In this document: positions 35,801 through 46,701 of the stretch, piece by piece
How positions within the stretch are numbered: the first letter of the stretch is position 1
Layout of the letters: the number at the start of each line of letters is the position of its first letter
Origin: Vairimorpha necatrix
Lineage: Eukaryota
Reading direction: 5' to 3'
DNA length: 64,000 nucleotides
Assembly (NCBI GenBank): GCA_036630325.1
Contig: CP142737.1
Span: 186,001-250,000, forward strand
Notes under the pieces: model-generated
Database searches by the model: none
Told to the model about the DNA's origin: nothing
Seen by the model: only the letters and a program-made list of their open reading frames with translations
Translations under genes and position numbers: made by a program

Positions 35801-38800
35801 TTAATCAACCTCATTGCCCTATAGAGTTGCATACATGACAAAATAGAGCTATTTTTATCAAGGAGCTGCTTGTCATAAGGCACACGTCGATTAATCATTA
35901 AAATGTTTCTAAAAAGGGATTTAAACATTTTTATTAGTAATAACAATTCCTTCTGTTTAACAAATTTTGTTCTTACTAATCATGTCGTTTTTTTATAGGA
36001 GATGTCAAGTAAATTTTTCATGCGAATTTCACACGGGGAGACAGTAAAAATGTATTTATTTTATGAGTCATCACATATACCCAATATAAATAAAATATAT
36101 CGTTTGAGAATAAGTCTAATATTAATAAAACGACATTGTTTTTGACGAAACAACAGGCTAAGTGGATGTAATAAGAAAATAATATATCAAATTTGTCGTC
36201 ATTTCAAATTTTTAAATTGTGTTATTCTAACTACTAGTTTGTAAATAAATTGAAATACATTAATAGAAGTAAAATCTGTCAATATGCAGAAATTCGTTCG
36301 GTCAGTACTAATCTGCTTTGAAAAAATCACGTATTATTTTTTATTCAGAATTGGCGAAACAATATTTATTTTTGAATTTATTTTCTAATTTTGTCATTTT
36401 GCGTAATGAACGATCGAAATCTTAGGCAATGGTATAAGGCAAAAAAGAATCTAATATACGTTTTTCCCCTGTTGTGAATTTTGATAGTAATTGTGCAATA
36501 TGAAAGTTTGTTTATTTAGATGTGCTGGTTTTCTATTTATTCAGAGACATTTACTATATCAATAAAATTTGGTTATATTTTTTACAATGAGAATATTTTT
36601 TTTCAGGATTATTCTGCTCACTGAAATATTGGCTAGATGAATATTAATTGATCAAGTTTATAATAATTATTACAAATGTTATAGGTTACACATTCACTGT
36701 CTCATATATAGGCATTAGCATTACACAGTTTTTAGTTTTCGTGAAAATATTTATGCTCGTAAGCTCGTGAATTCTTGTTGTTTCCTTTTGCACGCTACCA
36801 TTCGAAAACGGATTTATTGTATACTAAACAATCTTCAGGTTAGCCACGTCTTTCTTTCCATCAATTATTGATCATATACGTGTTCTATCCTAACTATAGG
36901 CTCTAAAAAAATTTCTGTACAATATACTAACATATAATTCGAAAGAATTCGGTTTACGGCACCACGATGTATTTTAAAAATTTGGTCACCACTCTATAAC
37001 ATTGTCGCATACGAAACTAACTTATCCGATGTTTGGGATTAGATGCAGATCGCTGCACGAAGACAATATTTTTTGATCTTTATTTACTATAGTAATCGTT
37101 TCTAGTTAGTTATTCCAACTTCCACATTTCTTCCAGCCAAATATACAAATTTCATGCTTAAAATGTTGTATTTGATATTTTTAAATAGAAATTATCGTAT
37201 ATCTTATATTCTCCCTTTATTTATGATTATAGTGTGTACTTCTGATCCTCATTTTGCTCCTATAACCCATATTTAACACGTAGTAAGAGTAAGGTATATC
37301 TAACTGCACAGTTAAGTGTTTTCATAAATGTACTGATATTCCGACGGACTTGGATATAAATCATACACGTCCCTAAGAAATCCATAATGAAGGCTGTTTA
37401 AATTGTGCATAGATATTACTTTATTTAATAATATTATTTTTTTTTATTATACAAAGCATTAAAATAAAGCATAATTTGCCCAACATGATGATTGAAGGTA
37501 AATCGATAAAAATAAATATCATTGCGAGGAAAATAATTTTTTGTGTAATTTTGCGCGCTATATAGACAGAAGAATTCCAGTAATGCGACTTGTTGTCAAA
37601 TATTTTCACTACTCTTTATAACTACAACAAAAAAGTTTATTATATGAGAAATTGAGACAATGAGGTAGCAAATTCATAAGGCAATACGTCCTAAAACCAT
37701 AATTTAACCAATAACTGAGTTTTTACACGGACAAAGGTTTTGAGGATAATAAGGTATTTCGACGTACGAAACAAACATTGACTGAAACTGATTATCGGAT
37801 CTATTGAAGATTCAATCTAAGCTCATTCGTCAGGGGTTCACCCCCCCCCCGATATCGGCAAAGTATCATATTACGTGGCAAATAAAATAATAATCGAGAC
37901 ATTAATGCAAATAAACCAATTTCAAATTTTTTTTCTTTATATTCAATTTAATTGTGATGTGTTACTCCATATTGTTTTCATAGGCGTATATATTATAACA
38001 TATCGTATATGTTTCTTTAAGCATATACGATATTAAATTTATAATATTAAGATCATATCAATGTGATTTATTTTTAGTATCTTAATCAAATTTTTATGTT
38101 TATTATTTCAATATTATATACCTTTACGACACTTTAGATTCCTAAAATTGAGCAAAAATGACATTACATTTCTTCCAAATCGTCTTATTCTGATTTAAAA
38201 ATTCATACAAAACATTTATATATGCATATATTATAACGTTTTTTATTCTTATATTTTAACAGGTAATTTTATTGAATAAATAACTATTCAGGGTAAGATT
38301 ATGTAATATATTGGATTGTCTCATATAAAATATAATCATTATATCAAGGTTATTTCGTTAAATTAATAATTTGTTGTGACTAAGTGGATTTATTAATTTT
38401 AGTTTACACAAAAGCGATAAATCTCGCATCCTAAGGTTGCATTATAACTCATATTATAAACTATTTGCATAAAATATTAACATGTGAAATTTATAGTTTG
38501 TAGATTGTCACAATGATTTAATTTAATATTTCTATACATCAGATGACTAGTAATAAAAGTTAAAAAACACGATATAATATTTGCAAATTTATTATTATTA
38601 AGCTTTCCACAGAGCATTTTTCATATGTACTTATAGAAAATTTGAAATTCAAATTTAATATAAAAGGAAAATGCAAATAGTTCCTCTTTTTTTCAATTTT
38701 GGATGATTTACCTACGTATCAAATATTATTATGGACAGATTCAAAGAGTATATTCTGTAAAAAAACATTAAAAGACTCTTTGAATATTCAATTAATACGG

Positions 38801-39993
38801 AAAGAATATTCCATTATGTAAATTTCGTCTTAAGAGCTTAAAATATATTCAATATTATAACTATATATTAATAACTATATTGGATACATTTTCATCATAT
38901 AAAAAATCATTGGTTCATTCTGGCAAAAAACTTTCTTAAAAATACTTCAAAATTTCATTTGTCATTAATTTTGAATAATATGTCGATTTTTAATTGTTAA
39001 ATTACTATGTTCCATCTAATAAGTAGTTTTTTTTTCTAAAAATAACTTCATGGTCACTAACGTTTTAAATGGCACGATGTGATTTCCAACACAATCTTAA
39101 CATTTTTATCGTCGTTAAGAGCATGTGTTGTTTCTGATGCGAAGATTGCATAGCTTCTATCCCATTCAATGGCGTTATTTATTTAAAGTTTCATTGTCAT
39201 TTCATCTTTTGCTTTTGCAAAAGTGCTATTCCTGTAAAGACTTAACCACAACTGCGTGAATATCTTTTAATTCATGTTTTTATTTTTAGATTTCAAGAAG
39301 CATGACTTATTTTTTTTAATTTTTAAGATATTTATTAACACTACAAATCAAAATAAAAATTTTTATAATTCTACAATTGTCTTACTTATACAATTACAAG
39401 CAAATTCACAACCTAAATCTCTTATTAGTTGTATAAGTATTATAGTGCGATTAACCTGCATTACATGAACTTCAATAGTTGGTATGTTCCAGAACAGAGA
39501 CAAACCAAGCTTGTCGGCTTAATTATAAAAATTGCATTATTTTTTCAATAGTTTTCGTATAAAGGTTTTGTTTTGTAAAACCACTGCTTTTTACATAAAT
39601 TTTACTCTTTAAATTCCATTAACATTGTAAAAGCCTTCCATTGATAACAGGCTTCAAAAACTAGTTATACCTTTCGGCCTAATTTTGATTTTGACACAAA
39701 ACACATTGATAGAAGCTATTCTACATTTTAATTATAGTTATAAATGACATTTATAATGTCAGCTTTTTATTGTTTTTTACAATCAATTTGCATTACCCTA
39801 GACTTGTGATCAATATGCTACCATATAACTGAATTTTTTTTATCCATACTTATAAGTTTAAATATAAAAAATTTATTTTTTATTCCATACTTATAAGTTT
39901 GAATATAAATTTTTTTTAACCCATATTATATTAGTTTTTAATATAAAAAATTTAAAATTTTTTAGACTATTACATTTTTATTTAAAACCCTTT

Positions 39994-41316
39994 TTAATTT
40001 GGTTTTATAATCACATCATTCCCCATTTGTACAAGTTCCAAATTTTTCTCATTAGCCACATGTAATAAAGACACAATACAAAAATGTATACTAATATCTT
40101 TTTTTTCTTTAGCATCATACATTTTCGGTACATTTTTACATATATCACTCAACTTAGAATTCTTATTAGTTTTTATATCTGTTAAAATATTATTTTTAAG
40201 TTTTTTTATATCCACTTTTTTTTGTTCTCTCCTAAAAATAAATGGCATTTTCGTATCTTCTTGCTGTATTTCGGTAATAACTTCATCAACAGGTTCATCA
40301 ATTATGACATTTGGTTCATTCAATAAACTATACATTTGTTCATCTTCTTCTACTAAATTTGTCGTTTTATTTTCATTAAATGTACCATTTAAAATATTAA
40401 AATGATACAAATCTTCTTTTTCTAAATTATAATCTTCTGGTAAATTATTATTTACATTTTTTCTTGATTCAATAGTACTCAATTCTATCAAAGAATTGCC
40501 GTTTTGTAATATTAGATCTTCATTTATTTCTTCCATAAAATTTATTAAAAATTTTTCACTTTTTTTTTCTGAGCTTAAAATTTTTTCATTTTTTTTACTT
40601 CTCAATTTCCAATGTGTTGGCCCTGCCCATTGTTTAAAATATGAATATTCTGTTTTTTTAAATATTGGTTTTTGTTGATTAATTTCTTCTAATTCTTCTT
40701 CATACTCGAAATCTTCATTATTAATTTCTATATTGTTTACATTTTCTATTTCCATATTGTCTTCTACTAAATTTTCAAATTGTCCAATTTTTAAAAAGGT
40801 AGGACATAAAATTTTCCCTTCTAAATTTATTTTTTCTATTTTCAAATTGCACATTTTTATTTCTTTTTGAGAATTACAAGAGTACATTCTTAGTACTCCG
40901 TCGTTTGATATATTTAAAGTGTTAAGTAATAAAAAATTTTCAGATTTTTTTTCTAAAGATAAAAAAGTTGAGTCTCTAAATATTTGTAGTTTTGTGTTTT
41001 TTATGTTTATATTTGATAAATTAGTTTCTATTGTTTTTATATCTTTTTTTTTAAAAAATTTTTTTTTTGAATCTTCAATATTAAATCCGTCTAATAATTT
41101 TGTAGCTTCTTCTGATACGTCGTCTACTCTCGTAGAGTAGACTTTTATACACCCGTCTAGTGTACAACTTGCTTTTTGGAAGTTTATACCTTTTAAGTCT
41201 TTAAATTGTTTCATATCTTTGAAGTGGGTTATTAGAGTAGATTTCCATGTATTTTTAGTAGTAATTTTGTTTTCTGCGACTACTTTAAGCCAAGAATTTA
41301 GATCATCATTTTGCAT
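39994..41316 (-). CDS. BRN1: Condensin kleisin subunit (Barren/Brn1/CAP-H)
   Basis: ENKITTKNTW, NFQKASCTLDGCIKVYSTRVD, WAGPTHWK, VDIKKLK, SLLHVANEKNL. ATG 41316 follows GCCCCTTAAA; the track start at 41328 is TTG. Confidence 0.92.
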   Translation of the reverse strand: MQNDDLNSWLKVVAENKITTKNTWKSTLITHFKDMKQFKDLKGINFQKASCTLDGCIKVYSTRVDDVSEEATKLLDGFNIEDSKKKFFKKKDIKTIETNLSNINIKNTKLQIFRDSTFLSLEKKSENFLLLNTLNISNDGVLRMYSCNSQKEIKMCNLKIEKINLEGKILCPTFLKIGQFENLVEDNMEIENVNNIEINNEDFEYEEELEEINQQKPIFKKTEYSYFKQWAGPTHWKLRSKKNEKILSSEKKSEKFLINFMEEINEDLILQNGNSLIELSTIESRKNVNNNLPEDYNLEKEDLYHFNILNGTFNENKTTNLVEEDEQMYSLLNEPNVIIDEPVDEVITEIQQEDTKMPFIFRREQKKVDIKKLKNNILTDIKTNKNSKLSDICKNVPKMYDAKEKKDISIHFCIVSLLHVANEKNLELVQMGNDVIIKPN

Positions 41317-41488
41317 TTTAAGGGGCAAATTATAATTTATATTTATAATACTTGTATTATAAATGTTTTATAAGTGTGTTATTTATCATTTATATTATGC
41401 ATATTCTTGATCATTTTATTTTTACACTTGTCATATTTTAATTTTCCCTCCTATTTTTTTATATTTTATTTTTTTCGTTTATCTTTTC

Positions 41489-42733
41489 ATGAATCCTCAA
41501 GAATGTCCTCAATTTCTTTCCTCGCCACAATCTTTAGATCCAGTCGAAATATTAAAAAAAAGGAAAATTATAAAAAAGAAAAGAAAAGTTTGTCACAAAC
41601 ATTTACTAAATTTAAATATTCTCTTGGAAAATGATCCTTCTAAATTGACAATGAGACAAAGAATTTTACAGCAGAAATTTCAGAATAAAAAAGAGAATAT
41701 GGAGAAATTAGAGTTAATAAGCACAGGACTAGAAGTGACGACAAATAAGAAGAAGAGAAAGAACAAGGCGTATAAAATAAGCATACCAGTGTGTAGTAAG
41801 ATCAGATTAGAATGTGATAAAGAGAATTATAACATAAATGAAGAAGGTAGTATCAAGGAAGAAGGTAATATTAAATTAGAAAACAATATAAAATTAGAAG
41901 GTAATATTAAATTAGAAGGTAATATTGAATTAGAAAACAATTTTAAATTAGAAGGTAATATAAAATTAGAAACCAATATAAAATTAGAAAACAATATTAA
42001 TGAAGAGTACAATATTAATGGAGATATTACGAAAGAAAATTGCATAAACAAAATCAATAATTTATGCATAATTAAAGATGACATAAACTTAATTTGCATA
42101 AATGAAGAAGATGACATAAAAGAAGAGCAAGTTGAAATTTACCTTTCTCAATTATTTAGCACCATTTTACATTTCCAAGAATATAAATTCGCTCTGAAAA
42201 ATGGCATAAAGAAAATCAAAGGAAATGAAATTTGTCTTTACAAAGGCACACTTCTGAAACTTAGACTAATTTCCAATTTACAAGAAATATTAAAAGAAAT
42301 CCATAAAATCCAAATATTCCTAGAAGATTGTGATATAATAGAACTTAATAATAACTTAATAATTCCTCATGACAATACACAAGTAAATGACTCATTACTC
42401 GAAGAAATAAATAAATTAGAAAATTTAAGACTTAATGAAAACAAACAAACTCTAAACAAAAGAAAGATGCAAAGAAAAAGGAAAATGTTATGTGAAGATT
42501 TTAGTAAGAAAAAGAAAGAAGATTTAATAAAGAAAAGAGAGTCATGCATAAATAAAGCGGCTTTTTATATTACGAAACTTGAGAATCTTAGTAGAGACGG
42601 GAATGAGATTTATAAGAAATGTGTTTATTATACAGATTTATTAATTAAAACATTTAAAGAAAAAGGCTGTGTGTGTAAAGTAGCAGGAGAAATAAGATGG
42701 TTTATAAATAATCAAGAAAGAGACAATTACTAA
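41489..42733 (+). CDS. Hypothetical lysine-rich (nuclear?) protein with hexapeptide repeats
   Basis: 414-aa ORF divergent from BRN1, with basic NLS-like clusters and EGNIKL repeats. Confidence 0.7.
   Translation: MNPQECPQFLSSPQSLDPVEILKKRKIIKKKRKVCHKHLLNLNILLENDPSKLTMRQRILQQKFQNKKENMEKLELISTGLEVTTNKKKRKNKAYKISIPVCSKIRLECDKENYNINEEGSIKEEGNIKLENNIKLEGNIKLEGNIELENNFKLEGNIKLETNIKLENNINEEYNINGDITKENCINKINNLCIIKDDINLICINEEDDIKEEQVEIYLSQLFSTILHFQEYKFALKNGIKKIKGNEICLYKGTLLKLRLISNLQEILKEIHKIQIFLEDCDIIELNNNLIIPHDNTQVNDSLLEEINKLENLRLNENKQTLNKRKMQRKRKMLCEDFSKKKKEDLIKKRESCINKAAFYITKLENLSRDGNEIYKKCVYYTDLLIKTFKEKGCVCKVAGEIRWFINNQERDNY
41836..42003 (+). repeat. Coding 18-bp tandem repeat (GAAGGTAATATTAAATTA, ~9 copies)
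   Basis: Encodes EGNIKL/ENNIKL repeats. Confidence 0.85.
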
Positions 42734-42835
42734 AAAAAACATATAAAAAAATAAACACGAAGTATCTAAAAAAAAATAAACATGAATATTATTATAAATA
42801 TATTTTATTCGAAAATAAACATGAAACTTATTATC

Positions 42836-42980
42836 AATTTCAAATTTTATTTCTATAAATTTCAAATTTTATTTCTATAAATTTCATATTTTATTTTATA
42901 AATTTCATATTTTATTTGACTGGTACTTGAAAATGTTCTGATTTTATTTGACTGGTACTTGGAAATGTTCTGATTTATTT
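42836..42980. repeat. Intergenic tandem repeats (22-bp and 32-bp units)
   Basis: ATTTCAAATTTTATTTCTATAA x~3 and TTTTATTTGACTGGTACTTG(A/G)AAATGTTCTGA x2. Confidence 0.8.
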
Positions 42981-42996
42981 TTTTAAAATTATGTTT

Positions 42997-43035
42997 TTTT
43001 GACATTTAGTATTAAAATGATACTAAATGTCAAAA
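42997..43035. repeat. Perfect 16-bp inverted repeat upstream of SerRS
   Basis: TTTTGACATTTAGTAT-taaaatg-ATACTAAATGTCAAAA. Confidence 0.85.
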
Positions 43036-43103
43036 CATTAATTTACTAAAAAAAGAAGTGCTAATTTTTGTAGTATAAAAAAGTTTATCTTTTTTATACC
43101 CTC

Positions 43104-44387
43104 ATGATCGATATAAATTTAATAAGAGACCCACAAACAAGAGAAAAAGTCATAGAATCAGAAAAAAGAAGATTTAAAGACACATCAAAAATATCAGAAA
43201 TTTATGAAAAAGACAAACTCAGAATAAAACTCAACTTCGAACTTGACAACATCAATAGAAAGAAAAACGAATTAAATAAAAAGATCAGTAAAGTTTTTAA
43301 AGAGAACAAGACGAACGGGAAAGAATTAAGCCAGGAATATGTCAGAGAATTAAAAGAAGAAGAAAATAAATCTAAAGATTTAGAAATAGAACTAGTGAAA
43401 ACAGAGAAAGAAATCAATACACTCTTGAAAAGTGTAGGGAATATTATTGACGACAGTGTAATAATTAGTAAAAATGAAGAAGATAATGGGCTTATAAGAG
43501 AATACAGAACAAAAAGAGAAGTAAAGAATTATAAAAATTACACTGATTTAATGTCGAAATATACCCACAGTGTCTCAGGGTCTAAGATCATAGGACACAG
43601 AGGATATTTCTTAAGCGGGCAGATCGCCAGACTGGGCATGGCCCTAAGCCAATACGCAATAGACTTTTTAGAAGAAAATGACTACACTTTTATTCAGACA
43701 CCTGTCATGATGAGAAAAGAAGTCATGTCAAGGACAGCCCAATTAAGTGATTTTGATGAACAATTATATAAAGTAGAAGACGACTTGTACCTCATAGCCA
43801 CTTCTGAACAACCTCTTTCTGCTTTACACATGGACGAAAGATTGACTGACTCAGATTTACCTAAGAAATATTGCGGCCAATCTTTGTGCTTTAGAAAAGA
43901 GGCAGGAGCCCACGGCAAAGATAATTCAGGAATATTCAGAGTTCATCAATTTGAAAAAATCGAACAATTCGTCATTTGTAAACCTGAAGAATCTAAAGAA
44001 TATTTTGATAAGATGATTTCTTTAAGTGAAGAATTTTATAAATCTCTTGATATTTCTTACAATGTAGTGAGTATTGTAAGTGGGGAATTTAATGACGCGG
44101 CTTCTATAAAATACGACTTAGAGGCATTTTTCCCTAATGCGAATAAATTTAGAGAATTGGTCTCGTGTTCTAATTGTACTGATTATCAATCAAGAGAATT
44201 AGAAGTTAGGTATGGAATATTAAAAGAGAATAATAAGAAAGTGTATGTTCATATGTTGAATGCCACATTGTGTGCTGTACAGAGGACTCTTTGTTGTATA
44301 GTGGAGAATTATCAAGAAGAGAACAAAATCATTGTACCTGAAGTTCTGAGGAAATACACTAAATTTGACGAAATCGAACTAAATTAA
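43104..44387 (+). CDS. SES1: Seryl-tRNA synthetase, cytoplasmic
   Basis: MIDINLIR, N-terminal coiled coil, YLIATSEQP, FRKEAGAHG, GIFRVHQFEKIEQF, ELVSCSNCTDYQ, HMLNATLCA. ACCCTC precedes the ATG. Confidence 0.97.
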   Translation: MIDINLIRDPQTREKVIESEKRRFKDTSKISEIYEKDKLRIKLNFELDNINRKKNELNKKISKVFKENKTNGKELSQEYVRELKEEENKSKDLEIELVKTEKEINTLLKSVGNIIDDSVIISKNEEDNGLIREYRTKREVKNYKNYTDLMSKYTHSVSGSKIIGHRGYFLSGQIARLGMALSQYAIDFLEENDYTFIQTPVMMRKEVMSRTAQLSDFDEQLYKVEDDLYLIATSEQPLSALHMDERLTDSDLPKKYCGQSLCFRKEAGAHGKDNSGIFRVHQFEKIEQFVICKPEESKEYFDKMISLSEEFYKSLDISYNVVSIVSGEFNDAASIKYDLEAFFPNANKFRELVSCSNCTDYQSRELEVRYGILKENNKKVYVHMLNATLCAVQRTLCCIVENYQEENKIIVPEVLRKYTKFDEIELN

Positions 44388-45099
44388 AATAAATTTATCA
44401 AAATGGTGTCGCATTTACACTTAAATGTATTTATGATATTAAGTCGTCGACATTTCTACAGTGTAACAAATTTTCATCATTAAAGCAGTGTCGAATTTAC
44501 ACTAAAATGTATTTAGGAAAACACACTGTTGACTTTTTACAGTGTTCCCCTTTGATAAATTTGACCAAGCTTATAAAACACAAGTGTTTACAATAATTTT
44601 GGGAGATCCTAAAACATTCCATATTAGCACGACAAAGTATTAAAAATTTGAAGTATTTGCATTCTGTGATTACTTTTAGTCAAGTCAATGAATTTTATAC
44701 ACTTGAGTATTTAATAGAAAATGTCTTTTTCAAGATTAATTGTTTTACATTATCTTTGCTTAATACTTCTGACTAGTACTTATCTACGAAATGTAACTAA
44801 TATTTTTCAGTAAGGCAATATAGTAAGTCGACCTTGGTTGGTTAAATCAATATTATTCAATCTTCTTCTTTTTGTCAAACACAAGAATATCAGGCTTATT
44901 GTGGATTAATAGGCACAAATTTAATTTTATCATTAAATCAATACAGGAAGAATTAATTAAAGAATATTTTTCATTATCTTAATACTTTTCTGAAGATTAT
45001 CCCATGTGATCTTAAATGAGAAGTGTAAACTTTGAAATGGATCTTTTTTTGACTTTTTTAAGTTTTACAAATCATCTTCATTTTGACAGGACCATAAAA

Positions 45100-45262
45100 T
45101 TTCATGCTAATTTATTTTTTTCAGAAATTTATGTTTCATGCTAATTTATTTTTTTCAGAAATTTATGTTTCATGCTAATTTAATATTAAATGATTTATGT
45201 TTCTTGGAAATTTATTTTTTTAAATGATTTATGTTTCATGCTAATTTATTTTAGAAATTTAT
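45100..45262. repeat. ~34-bp tandem repeat in the promoter region
   Basis: TTTCATGCTAATTTATTTTTTTCAGAAATTTATG repeated ~4-5 times with decay. Confidence 0.8.
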
Positions 45263-45278
45263 TCATTTTTTTGCCCTT

Positions 45279-45878
45279 ATGACTGGACTTATTAGTCAAG
45301 AAGAAAAAGTCTTCATTTCTTATTACTATGACTGTCTTTGTAATGATACAAACAGATTAACAAAACTCTACAATGATAAATCTATACTAACAATCTCATT
45401 TGAAAATGGTACTACTAGCACAGTATCAGAAGGATTCACTGCTCATTTAAAGCATTCTACTGGTTACCCAGTCTTTAAAGTATTTATTTCAAACATGGTA
45501 TCACAGAAAGTAGACAAAGATTTAATAAATTTAAACATTTTGGGCCAATTCGTATTTTTAAATAAAACTCAGAAAAGATTTAATCATAATTTACTAATAC
45601 AGAAAAATGAAGGAATTTTCTTAATAAAATCTGAGACTATAGTAATTTTAAATGAAGAAATTATTTATGAGAAATCTCAGAAATTTTATACTATGAAAAT
45701 TAGTAATAAAAATAAAAGTATGAGTGAAATAGTCAATGTTTTGGAGAGATTTGGGAAAATAGAAGAGATAAAAATTAAAGATGATAATTTTGAATGTAAA
45801 ATGGATCAATTAGATATTTCACATGAAGATTTATTGGGCAAAATAACGGAAACGGGATTAGTAGTAATTTCTAAATAA
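45279..45878 (+). CDS. NTF2-like domain protein with a C-terminal RRM-like region (G3BP/Bre5-like)
   Basis: VFISYYYDCL..RLTKLY.DKSILT, ILGQF, RFNHNLL (NTF2 fold), and LERFGKIEEIKI (RRM-like). GCCCTT precedes the ATG. Confidence 0.7.
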   Translation: MTGLISQEEKVFISYYYDCLCNDTNRLTKLYNDKSILTISFENGTTSTVSEGFTAHLKHSTGYPVFKVFISNMVSQKVDKDLINLNILGQFVFLNKTQKRFNHNLLIQKNEGIFLIKSETIVILNEEIIYEKSQKFYTMKISNKNKSMSEIVNVLERFGKIEEIKIKDDNFECKMDQLDISHEDLLGKITETGLVVISK

Positions 45879-45975
45879 ATTTTTAACTCAAAAATATAAA
45901 TTTATAAATCAAAAATATAATAGATTTGTAAGTTAAAAATATAAATTTCAATATAAATATAAATTTGTAATATAA

Positions 45976-46075
45976 ATTTATAAATCTATTATATTATTAC
46001 ATTTATAAATCTATTATATTTTTACATTTATAAATCTAATATATTATTACATTTATAAATCTATTATATTTTTTT
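45976..46075. repeat. 25-bp tandem repeat
   Basis: ATTTATAAATCTATTATATTATTAC x~4. Confidence 0.8.
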
Positions 46076-46106
46076 ACTATAGTTCTTTTTCTATGAGTAA
46101 AAAGTA

Positions 46107-46441
46107 GGGCGAATTTTTAATGGTTAAAAATTCCCCTTTCTTAAAAAAATGTTGTCTAACGAAGAAATTGAAAAACTTTACGAAAAAATAAAAGAAAAAA
46201 GATTCAAAATAAATTGCATTCAGTGTGGCTGGGAAACACGTAAAGAAGATAAAACACATGATTATCTAAGATGTAAATGGAAAAAGTGTCGTATGAAATT
46301 TTCAATCTGGAAAAATACATTATTTTCGGCTACAAAAATAAACCATCTATTAATATTAAAAATAATGAATTTATATACTTTGGGGATGATTAAAGAGCAT
46401 ATTGCTAGAGTTTTGAACTGTAGTGAAAAAAATGTCGAGAG
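46107..46441 (+). mobile_element. Truncated Merlin element (zinc-ribbon/HTH N-terminus) interrupted by element 3
   Basis: CIQC..RCKWKKCRMKFSIWKNTLF..IARVLNCS resembles the 33237 relic. The frame resumes after the TSD (ESVIRRLNKT*). No DDE part found downstream. Confidence 0.65.
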
Positions 46442-46701
46442 TGTCAGGCTGCAGACCTGCACTGACGATACGGCTTCCAGTTAAACAATAATAATTGGAC
46501 CTGTCAAACATCTCGAAGTAGTGTAAACAAACATTGAACATTTGACATGCACAAACTAAAAGTAGGAAAAGTGCATGCCACATGAAGTACTACTACTTTA
46601 GTAGAACTTTGGTTTCTTGTTTGTTTGTTTACATCTCAAAGAGTTTGACAGTTAATCTAATTAACTATTTAAACGGAATTTACCCCTAACACACAATTCC
46701 G

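Noticed and set aside
37825-37865. GC-rich GGGGTTCACCCC stretch resembling a tRNA T-arm
   Set aside because: No cloverleaf or acceptor stem could be built.
38500-39800. Possible MULE transposase remnant (LLDGT on the minus strand)
   Set aside because: A single short motif is too little to support a call.
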